Shown in pieces: positions 22,901 to 40,650 of a DNA stretch of 64,000 nt. The DNA is from Blastocystis sp. Blastoise. Lineage: Eukaryota > Protista > Bigyra: Opalinata. Made by a program: the position numbers and the translations under genes. Location of the stretch: assembly GCA_039096225.1 (NCBI GenBank), contig JBBPEB010000008.1, positions 1 to 64,000 on the forward strand, read 5' to 3'. Below the pieces are notes generated by a model. It saw nothing but the letters and a program-made list of their open reading frames with translations. It was not told where the DNA came from and ran no database searches. Position 1 is the first letter of the stretch; each line of letters begins with the position of its first letter.

Positions 22901-25900
22901 ATATCTATTGTTCAAAGTCAAATTAATAATAATAATCAATCTATTCCTATATCAACTACTATTATACAACCTACAGAAAAAAATACTTCTGTTTCTAATA
23001 ATAATAATGATTCTATTAATACTTCTTCACACTCTTTACCTGTTGTTACTACTATTCCAACTGATGTAAATATATCTAACAATAATAATTCTACAATCAT
23101 TAATGATAATACAAATAATTCAAGAAATAACACTAATACTAATAATAATGAAACAATAATACATAGAAATAATAGATCTATTAATTCCATTATGAATAGT
23201 TATTTAACTATTCCTGATTTAAGTCCTATTCTTCCTCCTTTAAGTATTCTAACAAATATTCCTCATATTAATTTAAATAATGATAATGAATCAGAAATTA
23301 TAACAACAATACCTAATAGTAGTAGTAGTAGTAGTTCAAGTGATAGTAGTAGTAGTAGTAGTAGTAGTTTTTCTGATAATGATTCTGATTCTGATTATAT
23401 TGATCCTTTTCCTAATATTAATAGTAATACTCAAAATAATGACGAAATACCAGTTGTAAGAACTATTAGAAGACCTATAACAGATAATAGTATGTTTTTT
23501 ATTATTTAAATATATTTATTTAATACTTTTTTATAGTTGAAGAAGATATAATTATTCATCCTATTATTAATAGAGGAAGAAGAAGAGCTTTAGATATTTG
23601 TATGCTATTTATTTTTTATAATTCTTTATGAATAATTAAATAACAAATTATTTTTATAGATAATCAACAAAGATTATTATATCCTGGATTACATAATTGT
23701 ATTGCTTCTATTCAAAGAAGTATTTATATATATTTAATATTTATTTTATATTATTTTATATAGATTCTCATGGTGATTTCGTATTAAATGAAGCATTGAA
23801 TACTTATAAAGCTAATTATTTAGGTGATTTTAATGTTCATTGTGAATATTGTCATGCTAAACATTTTGAATTAGAGAAAGGAATGAATGATAAGTTTTAT
23901 ACTTGCTGTGGTAGTGGTAAAGTAGTTCTTCCTGAGCTTCCTGATCTTCCTAATACTATTCGTTCTTTATTACAAAGAGATAATCCAGATTCAAGAGAAT
24001 TTATTAATAATATTATTCGATATAATAATTCTGTTGCTTTAGCTTCTTTAGCTGGAAATAATACTTCTGATGATGATTTAAGAAATTCTTCTGGACCTTT
24101 ACTATTTAAATGTGGAGGTAATATATATCATACTTTTAAGAGTGCTTTAGATTTTGATGTGAATGATCCTACAAGACATCCTGTATTCAATCAATATTAT
24201 ATGATAGATGGAGATGAAGCTACTCATATGAGAAGTATGAATCGATATTTTTGTGATTTAAAACCAAATATTTTAGAGATATTAGATAGTACAATAAGAG
24301 AATATCATCCATTAGCTCAAATATATAATTCACTTCGAGAAAGAGTAGATGAAGTATTAGAAGAGAATAGTCAAATGAATAGAAATAATATTAATTTATT
24401 AATAGAGTTTAAGAAACAAAGAAGAGAAGTACCTGATATAAGAAGATATAATACTCCTCAAGTAGATGAAGTAGCAGTAATATATCAATATAGAGAAGGA
24501 GGAGTAATGCCAGAAAGAAGTTATTGTTGTTTTCCTAGAAGTGGTATGGAAATAGTAGCTACTAATAGTAATAATGAACAGAATCGTTATACTTCAGGTC
24601 AATATATAGTAATGAAGAATACTAATTCTTATATAGATTGTATGGTTTATCCAGTTATGTTTCCAACTGGAAGACAAGGTTGGTATCCAGATTTATTATC
24701 ATTGAATCGTTCTAATCAAATTACTATTACTATGTTAGAATATTATAATTATATGCTTCAAATGAAAGATCCACCTTATGATAATTATTTATTAAAATAT
24801 AAGAAATTAACTTTACAATATATTACTGATAATTATATTCGAGTAGAACAAAATAGAATTAATTATATACGAAATAATCAAAATAAGTTAAGAGCTTCAA
24901 CTTATCAGAATATAAATAATATGTTAGAAGAGAGAGGAGATCAAATAAATGAGAATGATAGAAATATAGATAGAATAGGTAAAGCTATTATATTACCTTC
25001 TTCTTTTGTTGGTAGTCCAAGAAATTTGCAACAGAAATATATGGATGCTATGAGTGTAGTTCGAGAATATGGTAAACCTGATTTATTTATAACATTTACT
25101 TGCAATCCAGATTGGTTAGAAATAAAGAATAATATTCCAGAAGGTTATACTGTTAATGAATTTCCAGATTTAGTTTCAAGAGTGTTTCATTTAAAGTTGA
25201 AACAATTACTTTCTGATATAAAGGATAAGAATATATTTGGTACTGTAGAAGCTTTATTATATTCAGTGGAATTCCAAAAGAGAGGTTTACCACATTCTCA
25301 TATATTAATTATTTTAGATACGAATTCTAAATATAGAACAGAAGATGAAGTAGATAGTATAATAAGTGCAGAGATTCCTGATAAAGAATCAACTCCTCTT
25401 CTTTATGAATTAGTTAAGAAACATATGATTCATGGTCCATGTGGTCCTGATTATGATACGAATTGTGTTTGTATTGATAGATCAACAGGTAAATGTAGTA
25501 AGAGATTTCCAAAAGAATATATAGAGCAAACTAATTGTCATTTAAATTCTTATCCTTTATATCAAAGAAGAAATATTCCTGATAGAACTATTACTCTTAT
25601 TCGTAGTCATAATACTTATACTATTGATAATCGTTGGGTAGTTCCTTATAATCCTTATTTATTATTGAAATATCAAGCTCATATTAATGTAGAAGTCTGT
25701 TGTAATATTCAAAGTACAAAATATATATATAAGTATGCATTAAAAGGAAATGATTCTGTGATAGCTCAATTAAGAAGAGTGAATGATAATGGAATAGTAG
25801 ATGAAACTCAAGCTTATTTAGATTGTCGATATGTTTCTCCTCCTGAAGCTTCTTATCGTTTGAATTGTTTTGAAATTACTTATAATTCTGTTTCTATTAA

Positions 25901-28376
25901 TAGATTACCTATTCATTTACCTGATGATCCATATATATTATTTCGAGAAGGACATGAAGTAGAAGCATTAAGGAATAGTTTAGAGAAAGGTACTAAATTA
26001 ACAAAATACTTTGATTTAGAGAAAGAAGTTCAGAATCAAAGAAAGATATATACTTATTATTATATAGAGAAGAAGCATGGTATTCGTAATATGAATAATG
26101 TAGAAGAAGAAAGAGAATTGATTCAAGTTCGTTTAGAAGAGATAAATAGAATAAATAGTTATGAAGTAGATGATGATAATATATCCGAAGAATTATTGAA
26201 AATATTAGATGAGAAATATCCTATTTATGCTTATCATGAAATACCAAAATATTATGTATGGAAATCGAATACAAATACTTGGAATAGACGTCAGAGAGAT
26301 ATAAAAGCTTTAGGAAGAATGTATTATGTGAATCCAAAAGATAAGGAACGATATGCTTTGAGATTATTATTATTGAATACGAAAGGAGCTGATAGCTTTG
26401 ATTCTTTGAAGATAGTAAAAGGATTGAATAGTAATGAACCTTATAGAACCTTTAGTGAAGCAGCTATAGCAAGAGGATTATTGAATAATGAGAGAGAAGT
26501 ATTTGATTCATTTTCAGAAGCTATTGTTTTTGCTACTCCATGTCAATTGAGACAATTATTTATTACTTATATTTCAGAATCATTATTAACAAATGTGAAA
26601 GAGTTTTGGATTCGATTTAAATCATTTCTTAGTGAGGATTATAAACATTCAATGCATAATAATGAAATAGATTATATAAATACTCCTTTAGCTCAAGATT
26701 TAGATTCATCAAGTGTTATAGAAGATGATACTAATAGTGTTCTTCAAGATTATGAAATACGTACTTTACAAGATATAAAAGAGATGATGATAAGTATAGG
26801 AGTGAATTATAATGATTTAGGATTACCTCAAGTAGAAGAACAACATCATTATAATGATTATAATTATAATCCTACATTAGAATTACAAGAAGCTAATAGA
26901 GTAATAGAATTATTAAATGAAGAACAAAGAAATGCATTTGATAGAGTAATTCATTCAATAGAAAGTAGTAGAATAGAAGATAAGTTATGTTTCTTTATAG
27001 ATGGTCCAGGTGGAAGTGGAAAGACTTTCTTATATAATAGTTTATTAAGTTATTTACGTGGACATAATAAGAATGTATTACCTGTAGCTTCAACAGGAAT
27101 TGCTTCTACTTTATTACCAGGTGGTAGAACAGCTCATAAACAATTTGGTATTCCTTTGAATGTTGATCCTGATTCTACTTCAAATATAGATTTAGCTAGA
27201 GATAGAAGAAAAGTAGAAGAAATAAGAATAGCTGATTTAATAATATGGGATGAAGCTCCTATGATGAAAGGTGATTGTTTTATGGTAGTACATAGATTAT
27301 TATGTGATATAATGAATACAGAATTAGATATTCCTTTTGGTGGTAAAACAGTAGTATTAGGAGGAGATTTCAGACAATGTTTACCAGTTATAAGAAAAGG
27401 AACTCAAGCTCAGATTGTTAGTTCTTCTATAAAGTTTTGTTCCTTATGGAATTCTATCAAAAATAATGTCATTCATTTATCAAGAAATATGAGAGCTTTA
27501 GAAGGAGCAGATGATTTTAGACAATGGTTATTACAAGTAGGAGATGGTGTTCTTTCTAATAATTATACTATTAGTCATCATTTAGATATAGATTATATTC
27601 CTATTCCTCCTCAATGTATTGTGAATGATGATTTATGTGTTACTGTATTTGGACATCGAATCAATACTTCTCTTGATTCTGATATCAAACGATTAGCTTC
27701 TTCTGTTATATTAGCTTCTACTAATGATTGTGTTGGTACTTTAAATGATTTCATTGTTGATAATCTTCTTTCTGGAACTACTACTCCTTATATCTCTTCT
27801 GATTCTATTCTTGATTCTGAAACAGATGATCCAGAATCAAATTATCCTATCGAGTTTATCAATTCTCAAACACCTTCTGGAATGCCTCCTCATATATTAA
27901 ATTTAAAAATAGGTTGTATCATTATGCTTTTAAGAAATCTTAATCCTTCTAAAGGATTATGTAATGGTACTAGACTTATAGTAACTCGATTAGGATCAAA
28001 TAATATTACTGCTACTATTTTAAATCCTCCTCCTTCTCTTACTATTGATGAACAAACTGTTATTATTCCAAGAATCATCTGTAATTCAAATCCTGAAGAT
28101 CTTCCTATTATTATATCCAGAAGACAATTTCCTATTCGTTTAGCCTTTGCCATGACTATCAACAAATCTCAAGGACAAACATTTGAAAGAGTTGGTGTTT
28201 ACTTAGATCGTCCTGTCTTCTCTCATGGTCAACTCTATGTTGCTTTCAGTCGTGCTCGATCTTTCAACGCTCTTTTTATTAAGGTAGTTGATAGTGTCTC
28301 TCAAGGTAAGATGATTAGTAGTAGTAATGAAATATTTACTAAGAACGTGGTCTTCAGGTCTACTCTAAATAATTAA
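19979..28376 (+). CDS. Helitron RepHel transposase (HUH Y2 endonuclease + Pif1 helicase). Predicted 15 exons, about 2,085 aa; main exon 23764-28376
   Basis: Motifs: PDLFITFTCNP, VEFQKRGLPHSHILI (HUH), KYIYKY, GPGGSGKT, DEAPM, TINKSQGQT; N-terminal CxxC...CC Zn motif. GT-AG exons: 19979-20054, 20095-20166, 20216-20278, 20329-20400, 20453-20524, 20595-20642, 20706-20777, 20848-20898, 20961-21032, 21099-21158, 21197-21214, 22644-23489, 23537-23599, 23660-23719, 23764-28376. They sum to 6,258 nt in one open frame. The main exon is certain; the 5' exon linkage is predicted. Confidence 0.85.
21870..22535. repeat. ~60-62 bp AT-rich minisatellite, about 11 units, in the long predicted RepHel intron
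   Basis: Unit approximately aatatatcata(g/c)tatatctatgtattattatattaataaaggttata(ta)ctttatatt. Confidence 0.9.
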
Positions 28377-28565
28377 ATGCTTTATTTTTTCTTTTTTCTT
28401 CTTTTGTTATATTTGTTTGTTTTTGTTTTATGTTTGTTAATTATTTTTTCTTTTTAATCTATTACTTCTTCACTTTTTATTTGTTTTTTAAATGTTTATA
28501 ATAAACAAGGTTGTTTTGTTCAATAAAGTTAAAGAAATAATTTTAAAACCCAACTGCACAACGCA

Positions 28566-28611
28566 GCCGCGGCGCGTCGCCGTTAGGCGGTGCGCCAGCG
28601 GCGTTACCCTA

Positions 28612-28612
<1 letters not shown>
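28566..28612 (+). terminator. Helitron 3' terminator hairpin + CTAG (identical copy at 16489-16535; variant on minus strand at 1761-1807)
   Basis: GCCGC GGCGCGTCGCC gtta GGCGGTGCGCC a GCGGC gttaccCTAG. Confidence 0.9.

Positions 28613-28648
<36 letters not shown>
28613..28648. repeat. (TA)18 microsatellite at the Helitron insertion site
   Basis: Directly visible. Confidence 0.95.
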
Positions 28649-28651
<3 letters not shown>

Positions 28652-29081
28652 CCTTTTATTATAGTAATTCTTCCTCTCATTTTTATTTCTAATTTAGATT
28701 GATTATTTATATAATTTATTTTAACTTATATAGTTTTCAAATGAAAATAATATTATAAATGATAGTTTGTATACTATTAATATTATCATCTTCTTAATTG
28801 AATATCTCATTTAAATACTAAGAAACATATTAACGTTGTTCTTATCTATATCCTGTATATTAAGTATATTATTAATAATACAAAATTGTATAATTTTCTT
28901 TTTGTTTGATAAACCAATTTTTGCAACAAGATCATCAATTATAAGATTTACAGAAATAAATATATTACATAAATATAAATAAAATATATTTTAATAAAAT
29001 TATTATATTTGTTTTAAGACAAACAATAGAAAAATAAATAAAAAAAGATATATTTTTTTATCTTTAACTTATCGTTAACCA

Positions 29082-30003
29082 TGCAACAAAAGTAACATAA
29101 AACTATTTTATATAATGTTTATACTGGGAATTATAGAAATACTGCAAAAAAAAATGATATTGAAAGAGTAAAGAAATTTAAATTGAAACTGTTTGGAGCT
29201 TTTCATGAGTTTTATCGTTCGATACTATATCCTGAAATGTTAAGTATATTAATTATTAATTATATTACATTTTTAGAAACTAAAAAATGTCATTATTTGA
29301 CATATGACATGGAAACATTCTTTCGGAAAGAAGCTCTCAAAAGAAATATAAATGTGTCAGCTAATAAAGCTTCGACAAAACAAATAAAGGTATATTATAC
29401 TCTTATATATTAGACTTCACTACTATAATCTCTATTAAAAATTTATAGAATTGCTTAAAATACATACCCTATGTTATTAATGAAGGAGACTTAATAGATG
29501 CAAAGAATATGTTTATTCAAAATAATGGTAAAACACTTCTTGATGATGAAAATAAATTATTGGATATTATTTTAAAAATAGTAAAGGATTATATGTGTCA
29601 ATATAAAAATGTCGAATCACTAAGTGATTACGATATTATTAGATGTGTGAAAAAATCTCTTTATGATAAAAAGACTCATGGAGACTTTGCATCTTCCTTT
29701 GGGTTTTTATTACTAGATAAAGATGGATATAAAGTAGAAGATAAAAAAAATAAGAAGTGATTTTTTGGTATGTATTATATATTCTATATTAACACAAAAA
29801 TTTAGATGAATTATCATATATAGGCTTTGCAATGGAAAAGGAATCCAGATTTTTTTGATAAAACTACGTATGCGTATAAAACAAATTACGTAGTCATCGA
29901 AAGATTGCAGAATATTTATGACAAACTTATGGAACACAGTCTTCGTCATTCACAAGTATATCCTATTGGCTATTTATTTTATTATTGTTTCTTTATTTTA
30001 TAA
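29082..30003 (+). pseudogene. Multi-exon gene of unknown function, disrupted or mis-assembled
   Basis: Coding-like blocks separated by GT-AG introns (e.g. 29390-29448). There is a TAA after the first ATG and a frameshift/stop at the A-run near 29750. Confidence 0.35.
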
Positions 30004-30979
30004 AAATTTAAAATAAGTTGACGCAGTTGAATCTCATATATATTTAAGATATAAATTGTTTTATATTTTATTATTATTATTCTTTTAGGTTTTGTATATT
30101 ATATTATACTATAAAATATTTTCTTTATTTATAATTATCTTTATATAGTAATGAAATATACATTAGTTATGACGTCATGAATTCTTAGATCCTTAAAAAC
30201 TTATTCATTTATTATAATAATATATTTAAAATGTATGTATTATATATATATACTAGTTTTCATTATTTTTATATAGATTTATTACAATTAATAAATATGA
30301 AGCATTTTGAGTATATATCTTTTCATTTATTTTATTAATTCATTTTATATAGATTCTTTTTGATTGTCTAATTGCCTGTTACATTCAGTTGAATCTATTC
30401 TATGTATATATATATATATATTAAATATTTCTATACATTATTTATTTCATATAATTTATAGATCAGTTTTTCTTCCACAATAATATGAGAAGTGCCTTTA
30501 ATTGTATATATATATTTATTATTGTATGATATACTATTACTATTTCTATTCATTCTTATTTTTATTTATATAGTTGATTAATATTTCTTTTATATGTTAA
30601 CTAAATATGAGTTATGTAAAGTTCTTTAACAAAAAATTGTTGTTATTATAAATTTTAGTCATAAATCATTGTTTTGTTTGTTTTTACTAATGTTTATATT
30701 GATGTATATTAAAACTAAAAAAAAACTATTTTTTTAATTAATAACTCTTTTAAAGAATATTCTATAGAATTCTGGAAAAATTATATATTATCGTTAGCAA
30801 TAATTTTCCAGAAAAATCGTGATAATACTATTGGACTATTTTCATTATTTTATTGGTTAAAAATCATTAACAAACTAATCATATTTTATGAAAGAACATA
30901 GAAATTCTATAAATCTGAAACAGTCTTAAAAATATTTAGCAACAATTTCTAGTTTGTCTTATTTTTAGTCCCATGAAAA

Positions 30980-31750
30980 ATGCCTACCAGTGAAGGTGGA
31001 CATGAAACTATGATTCATCAAGGTTGGTTTGGTGAATTCTATTATGAAAATGGACCTAAGAAGGGTGATGCTACTGGTACTGGTGTTATTATTCATGGTA
31101 ATGACCATTTCTTAAATGATGTTATTTTCTTCTGGTCTAAGAATGGTGTTGAAATTAATGGTGGAGCTAATCTCTTAAGAGGTGTTCATACTTGGTGTGG
31201 AGGTTATGGTATCATCGTTAATGGTGGTGCTAATAGATTATTAAATTGCTATTTAGATTGGAATACTGCTATTGTAAAAAAGTTTGAAAATAATATTATT
31301 TTAGATACTTTCTGGTATTATGCTCATCTTATTTTAGCTCCTGAAGGTAAACAAGATGTACGTGGCTTTGCTATTGAACGTTCTTTATATGGTGGCTCTA
31401 ATGGTGTTACTATTGATGTCGATTTATCTCATGGTTCTTTTGGAGAAATCCGTGATTGTTATATTATTGAACAATTTGCTGGTACTAAGAATTATGATAT
31501 TCGTCAAACTCAATTAACTCAAAAACTTACTTTAGAACAATCTAAGGAATATACTATTGATTTTAGTAAACATCTTGTTTTTGGAAAAATTGCTTCTTTC
31601 CAATATTCTGTAGTTCTTAACGAAGATAAATTTGTTCGTTATTATGCTAAACCTATTGATGGAACTAAAGTCACTATTGTTATGGAAGAACCTGTCAATG
31701 CTACAGTTACTATCTCTGTGGATGAAAGTGTATATACTTATCAATTTTAA
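30980..31750 (+). CDS. QRT3-like polygalacturonase / parallel beta-helix protein, C-terminal portion
   Basis: GGHETMI...GTGVIIHGNDHFLNDVIFF...GVEINGGANLLRGVHTW resembles, from recall, the GHET...GND...GQAN..GVH motifs of plant QRT3-type proteins. Clear codon bias. Confidence 0.6.
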   Translation: MPTSEGGHETMIHQGWFGEFYYENGPKKGDATGTGVIIHGNDHFLNDVIFFWSKNGVEINGGANLLRGVHTWCGGYGIIVNGGANRLLNCYLDWNTAIVKKFENNIILDTFWYYAHLILAPEGKQDVRGFAIERSLYGGSNGVTIDVDLSHGSFGEIRDCYIIEQFAGTKNYDIRQTQLTQKLTLEQSKEYTIDFSKHLVFGKIASFQYSVVLNEDKFVRYYAKPIDGTKVTIVMEEPVNATVTISVDESVYTYQF

Positions 31751-31950
31751 GTACTCAATTTGAATTAATTTTATTTTTGATATTTTTTTTTTGATTTTTA
31801 TTTTATTAAGAATATTATATTTACAATCATTAAATAGCGATAATGATTGACTTTTCATAGCTTTTGTTTTGTTTATTTATATTTTTATTGAAACATCACA
31901 AAATAAAAAATAGAATCCTAGAAATGGAACACAAATATATATCCTTATAG

Positions 31951-32229
31951 AAACTGATTTTTAAGATTATAAGTAATTCAAATGGTATTATTATATTCTA
32001 TGTGCCTAAACTGATGACTGTTGCTCATATAAAAGCATTTTATGTTGTGTGTGGATTGACTGGTATCGTTTTTTCATCTACTCCATTCTATATTCGTAAT
32101 AAGAACAACCGATATATATCTTCAATGGATTTCTTTCATTCTTTGGTACATAAACAATTCTTTGATCAAATAATTATTGATTATGAACACAAACAGAATG
32201 CACAAATGAATGTAGAAGTTCGTGAATAA
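31951..32229 (+). CDS. Small hypothetical protein or terminal exon
   Basis: 93-codon open frame with non-repetitive composition after a tatag acceptor-like site; start uncertain. Confidence 0.3.
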   Translation, partial: KLIFKIISNSNGIIIFYVPKLMTVAHIKAFYVVCGLTGIVFSSTPFYIRNKNNRYISSMDFFHSLVHKQFFDQIIIDYEHKQNAQMNVEVRE

Positions 32230-32488
32230 CGGGAAATAATAATTCAAAATTGTATTTGGTATTTCTCTATAACTAAATCATGAATGTGATATATTTTTAT
32301 TATTCTGTTTTATTCAGTAGATGAATACAATAATTAACTGATTTGTTTTGTAGAGGGAAATAAATGAAACAACAATACATACAAATAAATAAAAAAAAAA
32401 AGTAGAAAATGATATATAAAACATATTCCAGTTTATTTACTAATAAGTGAAGAATCATTATAATATATATAATTAGAAGAAGATAAAA

Positions 32489-33536
32489 TTAAAGGATAAA
32501 AGGAATTAATGCTTTTCTATCCGTAGGATATGAGTTTCCAAAGTGATCTTTATAATATTGATGATGTTTTAATGCTCTTGGACCTATATTAGCTATCGTA
32601 AATACAGCAAATGATAAACCTATAGAAAAAGTATTATATATAATAAATAATGTTTAATAAATAATATTTAATAAATAATATTTATAAATAATATTTATAA
32701 ATAATATTTATAAATAATAATAAAAAAGAATTATATAAAAAAAATATCAATTCGAATATGAAATAATCAGAAAGATAAAAAACATAAACATAACAATATA
32801 TATATATATTTACCTGCTAGATTCCAAGAGGCAATAGCATATCCAAACCATTCGATACATTCACCAAAATAATTAGCACCTGAAATATATTGAAATAATC
32901 CTTTTTGAGGTATCAAATATTCACCTTCAGAAGATTGTCTCAAAGAAATAAGTTCATTGTCAGAATATATATTTATAGTCATTCCAATAATGAATAAAAG
33001 AAATCCAAGAAGGAAACATATATCTTTAAACAATATATTTGACCATGGTGCACATGAAGTAATATAATAAGATGCTTGAATATATCCATTTAATAAACAG
33101 AAAGTGACTGCCATCAAAAATATTTCGGTTGGGACTCTGTGAGTACTTTTGATACGAAATGGATAAATAAATGATCTAAAGAAATACACAATTAAAAAAA
33201 TATGAAAATATGAAACAATGTAAAGATGATGAAATACCTATTTACATAATGAGTCATGAACATAATGATCATAATACAACCATGAATATCAATACTATTT
33301 TCTATTATTCCATAAATTAGACCAAATAAAGGAATAAAGAATGAAGGACATTCTTGAAGAATCCATGACAATCTTGGACTTAAAGAACCTAAGTTGATAT
33401 GACATTTTGATTCTGACATATTTGTATATCTTCCATACCATGCAGGAACGAAGAGAAGGATTAAAAATATAGGAATGGCTAGTCCAGTAAGTATCCAAGC
33501 AATATATGATGCAATTGTACAATCAAAAAAATACAT
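32489..33536 (-). CDS. 3-oxo-5-alpha-steroid 4-dehydrogenase (SRD5A/DET2 family), 3 exons
   Basis: YGRY, WILQECPSF, HYVNRSFIYP, NIYSD, YLIPQKGLFQYISGANYFGECIEWFGYA, PRALKHHQYY..RKALIPFIL*. Exons 33536-33238, 33175-32814, 32619-32489. Confidence 0.92.
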
Positions 33537-34024
33537 TTATTCTAAAAAAATAGATATTGCTATTCGAAAGTGTTACTAATGTTGTCTAGAAATGATTTGT
33601 ACTATCTATACAATGATTATCTCAAACTTGAATTTATAGGTTGAAAAAATAAAATTTGAGAATTCACTTGGACGAGAGATTGGATAATTGTAATAGTATT
33701 TTTAAACACAAATATTGTTTTCAATTATTTATTATCATAAAATAATCATATTACATTTATAAATAATATATTAGAATATGATTATGAAAAATAATACAGA
33801 AAATATAGTTATAAAAAAGCCATCATGGAAAAAGAAAAAAATAAATATATAAATAAAAAGTGAAAATATTAAATAACAAAAATAAAGATTGAAACTATTG
33901 TTTTTGAATAATATAATACAGAAATGTCAAAAAAAGGAAAAAATTAAAAAATTAAAAAAATTAAAAAAATAAAAAGCACAGTAAAAAAGAAGAAGAATTC
34001 ATATAATAATAGAGTATTCATTAT

Positions 34025-38736
<4,712 letters not shown>

Positions 38737-38986
38737 TTAAGTATATCAATAATATAGACGTCTTTTGAGGAATAGTAGTCGTTTAACAAAAATTTTAAAT
38801 TTTTCTACTTACCAAACATTATTTCCCAAGATTAATTGAATAAACCATCTTCTTTCATATTGTTGTTTTCTTTATCTATTATTACTTTGATCGTATTTAT
38901 TTTATTTTATATATTATTACATAAAAATAATTAGATTGATATTCTACTTATTCCTATATTCCTTATTCTATTTACAAATATCTTAA

Positions 38987-39361
38987 ATGGAAGCTGTTGC
39001 CAAAATATTAAGAAGTAATCGTCCATCTAACAACTCGTTGAAGAATCTGACTAATTTTAACAAACGTATTGCTAAAAAACCTGTTGTGATGTCACCATTA
39101 GCCTATAAACAAGGCGATCAACTTCCTTTTTCAGTCACAAGAACTAAGTTATCAAAGAATCTTCCAGTTTACACAGAAATCCATAATCCTGGTATTCACA
39201 ACACTATTGTTAGAAGAATTAGAGGTGATCCTATTATTTTGGCTCAAGAATTAAAGAAAGTTTGTGAAGGTGCAGAAGTTCAAGTGCGAAAGGGAAGCTT
39301 AGAAGTGAATGGATCTTTTAATCATGAAATCAGAAAGTACTTGGAAGATCTTGGCTTCTAA
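38987..39361 (+). CDS. MRPL49: Mitochondrial ribosomal protein mL49 (Img2)
   Basis: LPFSVTRT..KNLPVY...TIVRRIRGD...LEVNG...YLEDLGF* matches the mL49 pattern; basic N-terminal leader. Confidence 0.88.
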   Translation: MEAVAKILRSNRPSNNSLKNLTNFNKRIAKKPVVMSPLAYKQGDQLPFSVTRTKLSKNLPVYTEIHNPGIHNTIVRRIRGDPIILAQELKKVCEGAEVQVRKGSLEVNGSFNHEIRKYLEDLGF

Positions 39362-39746
39362 TAAAGCTATATAAATATATTTATTATATTCTTTTCTTCT
39401 TTTTTATCACGATTCATTACTTGGGTATTATATTAATTATAAAATTGTTTATACATGTTTTGTCTTTTAAGATAACAAAAATAACAACAATAATTAGGAA
39501 AAAAATATATCAATAAAAACGATATATGCTGAAACATGAAACCATTTAAAAAAGAGAAAAAAGTAAACTAATAATTCTTAATATTACTTGTATATAAGAA
39601 TTTCGATATTATATTGAATAGCTTGAATTACAAGATTTTATAAAAATTAAATGAAAAAGTGAAAAGAATGAGAAAATATTTAAAAAAAAAAATACATATT
39701 ATTAAAGGAAAAGTGACATAAAAAGTCATATATATATATATATAAA

Positions 39747-40335
39747 TTAATTATTTATATCGTCTTCTCGTGTTTCTGATGTTTGGAGAGTAATTTCGTT
39801 CTCTGCAGAAAGAGTATCCACATCATATATAGATAAATTCGCTATTTGATTTGAAGGAATAACAAGGTATTTATCGTACGGAGGTGATACTCGCTTTGAA
39901 AGAGATCTCTATATATATACATATAATATATATATAATAAGGATATACTTTGATATATAAATTAATATTAAAAATAATAAATAGCAAAGAAATGAGAGTT
40001 CAAAAAAAAAAAACAGAAAAAAACAATAATACTTCAATAACAGGGTTTTTCAAGACATAATGCATTTCATCAATATGTATTGTATGCAGTTGACCTCTAT
40101 AAACAGTTCCATCAATTGTCTATATAAGATATATGTGAAAAAACAAAACAAATTGTTATATAAAATGAAAAAAGAGTATAAAAAATACTTTTATTCTAAC
40201 GATTTTGTCTACCATCTCATGGAAGAGAATATATAAATGTGCTTGATTCAATTCTTGTACTATTCAACAATAATTTGGAAAAAAACATATTAAATTACAT
40301 TGTTTAGATTTGTTACAACTCTCACTGTCTTCCAT
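39747..40335 (-). CDS. Small Sm/LSM-fold protein (ataxin-2 SM-ATX-like), multi-exon
   Basis: Hand-spliced: MEDSE...HLYILFHEMVDKIVRIK|TIDGTVYRGQLHTIHIDEMHYVLKNP...KYLVIPSNQI, an Sm1/Sm2-like pattern; GT-AG introns. Not in the ORF track. Confidence 0.55.
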
Positions 40336-40650
40336 TTTTCAAAATATACTTAGTAAAACTATAGATAATGAATAGAAGCGAGAAACAACAAACTTAAAAA
40401 AAAAGAAAACAATCGTTTTTTCAAGATTATTTCTCAAAATGATGTCTATAAAAAAATCATGATTTATTATGAATTAATTGGGAATTTCTGTAAAAACTCG
40501 CAATTAGTCGGTACATTGTTCAATTCTTTAATTAAAAGAAAAGAGTTACTTCTGTTTTTCATTGAACATCTTCATTTTATTTTCCAAGTATTTGGTTAAT
40601 ATATAATATCGAGTACTCTTAGTCTCTTTTGATTTTTGTTATTTATCGAT

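Larger units (their letters stand above)
16538..28612 (+). mobile_element. Intact autonomous Helitron (12,075 bp)
   Basis: A|TC 5' end at 16538, 3' GC hairpin and CTAG|T end at 28609-28612, no TSD, intact RepHel. Flanked by TA (16536-37) and (TA)n (28613-28648). Confidence 0.96.
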
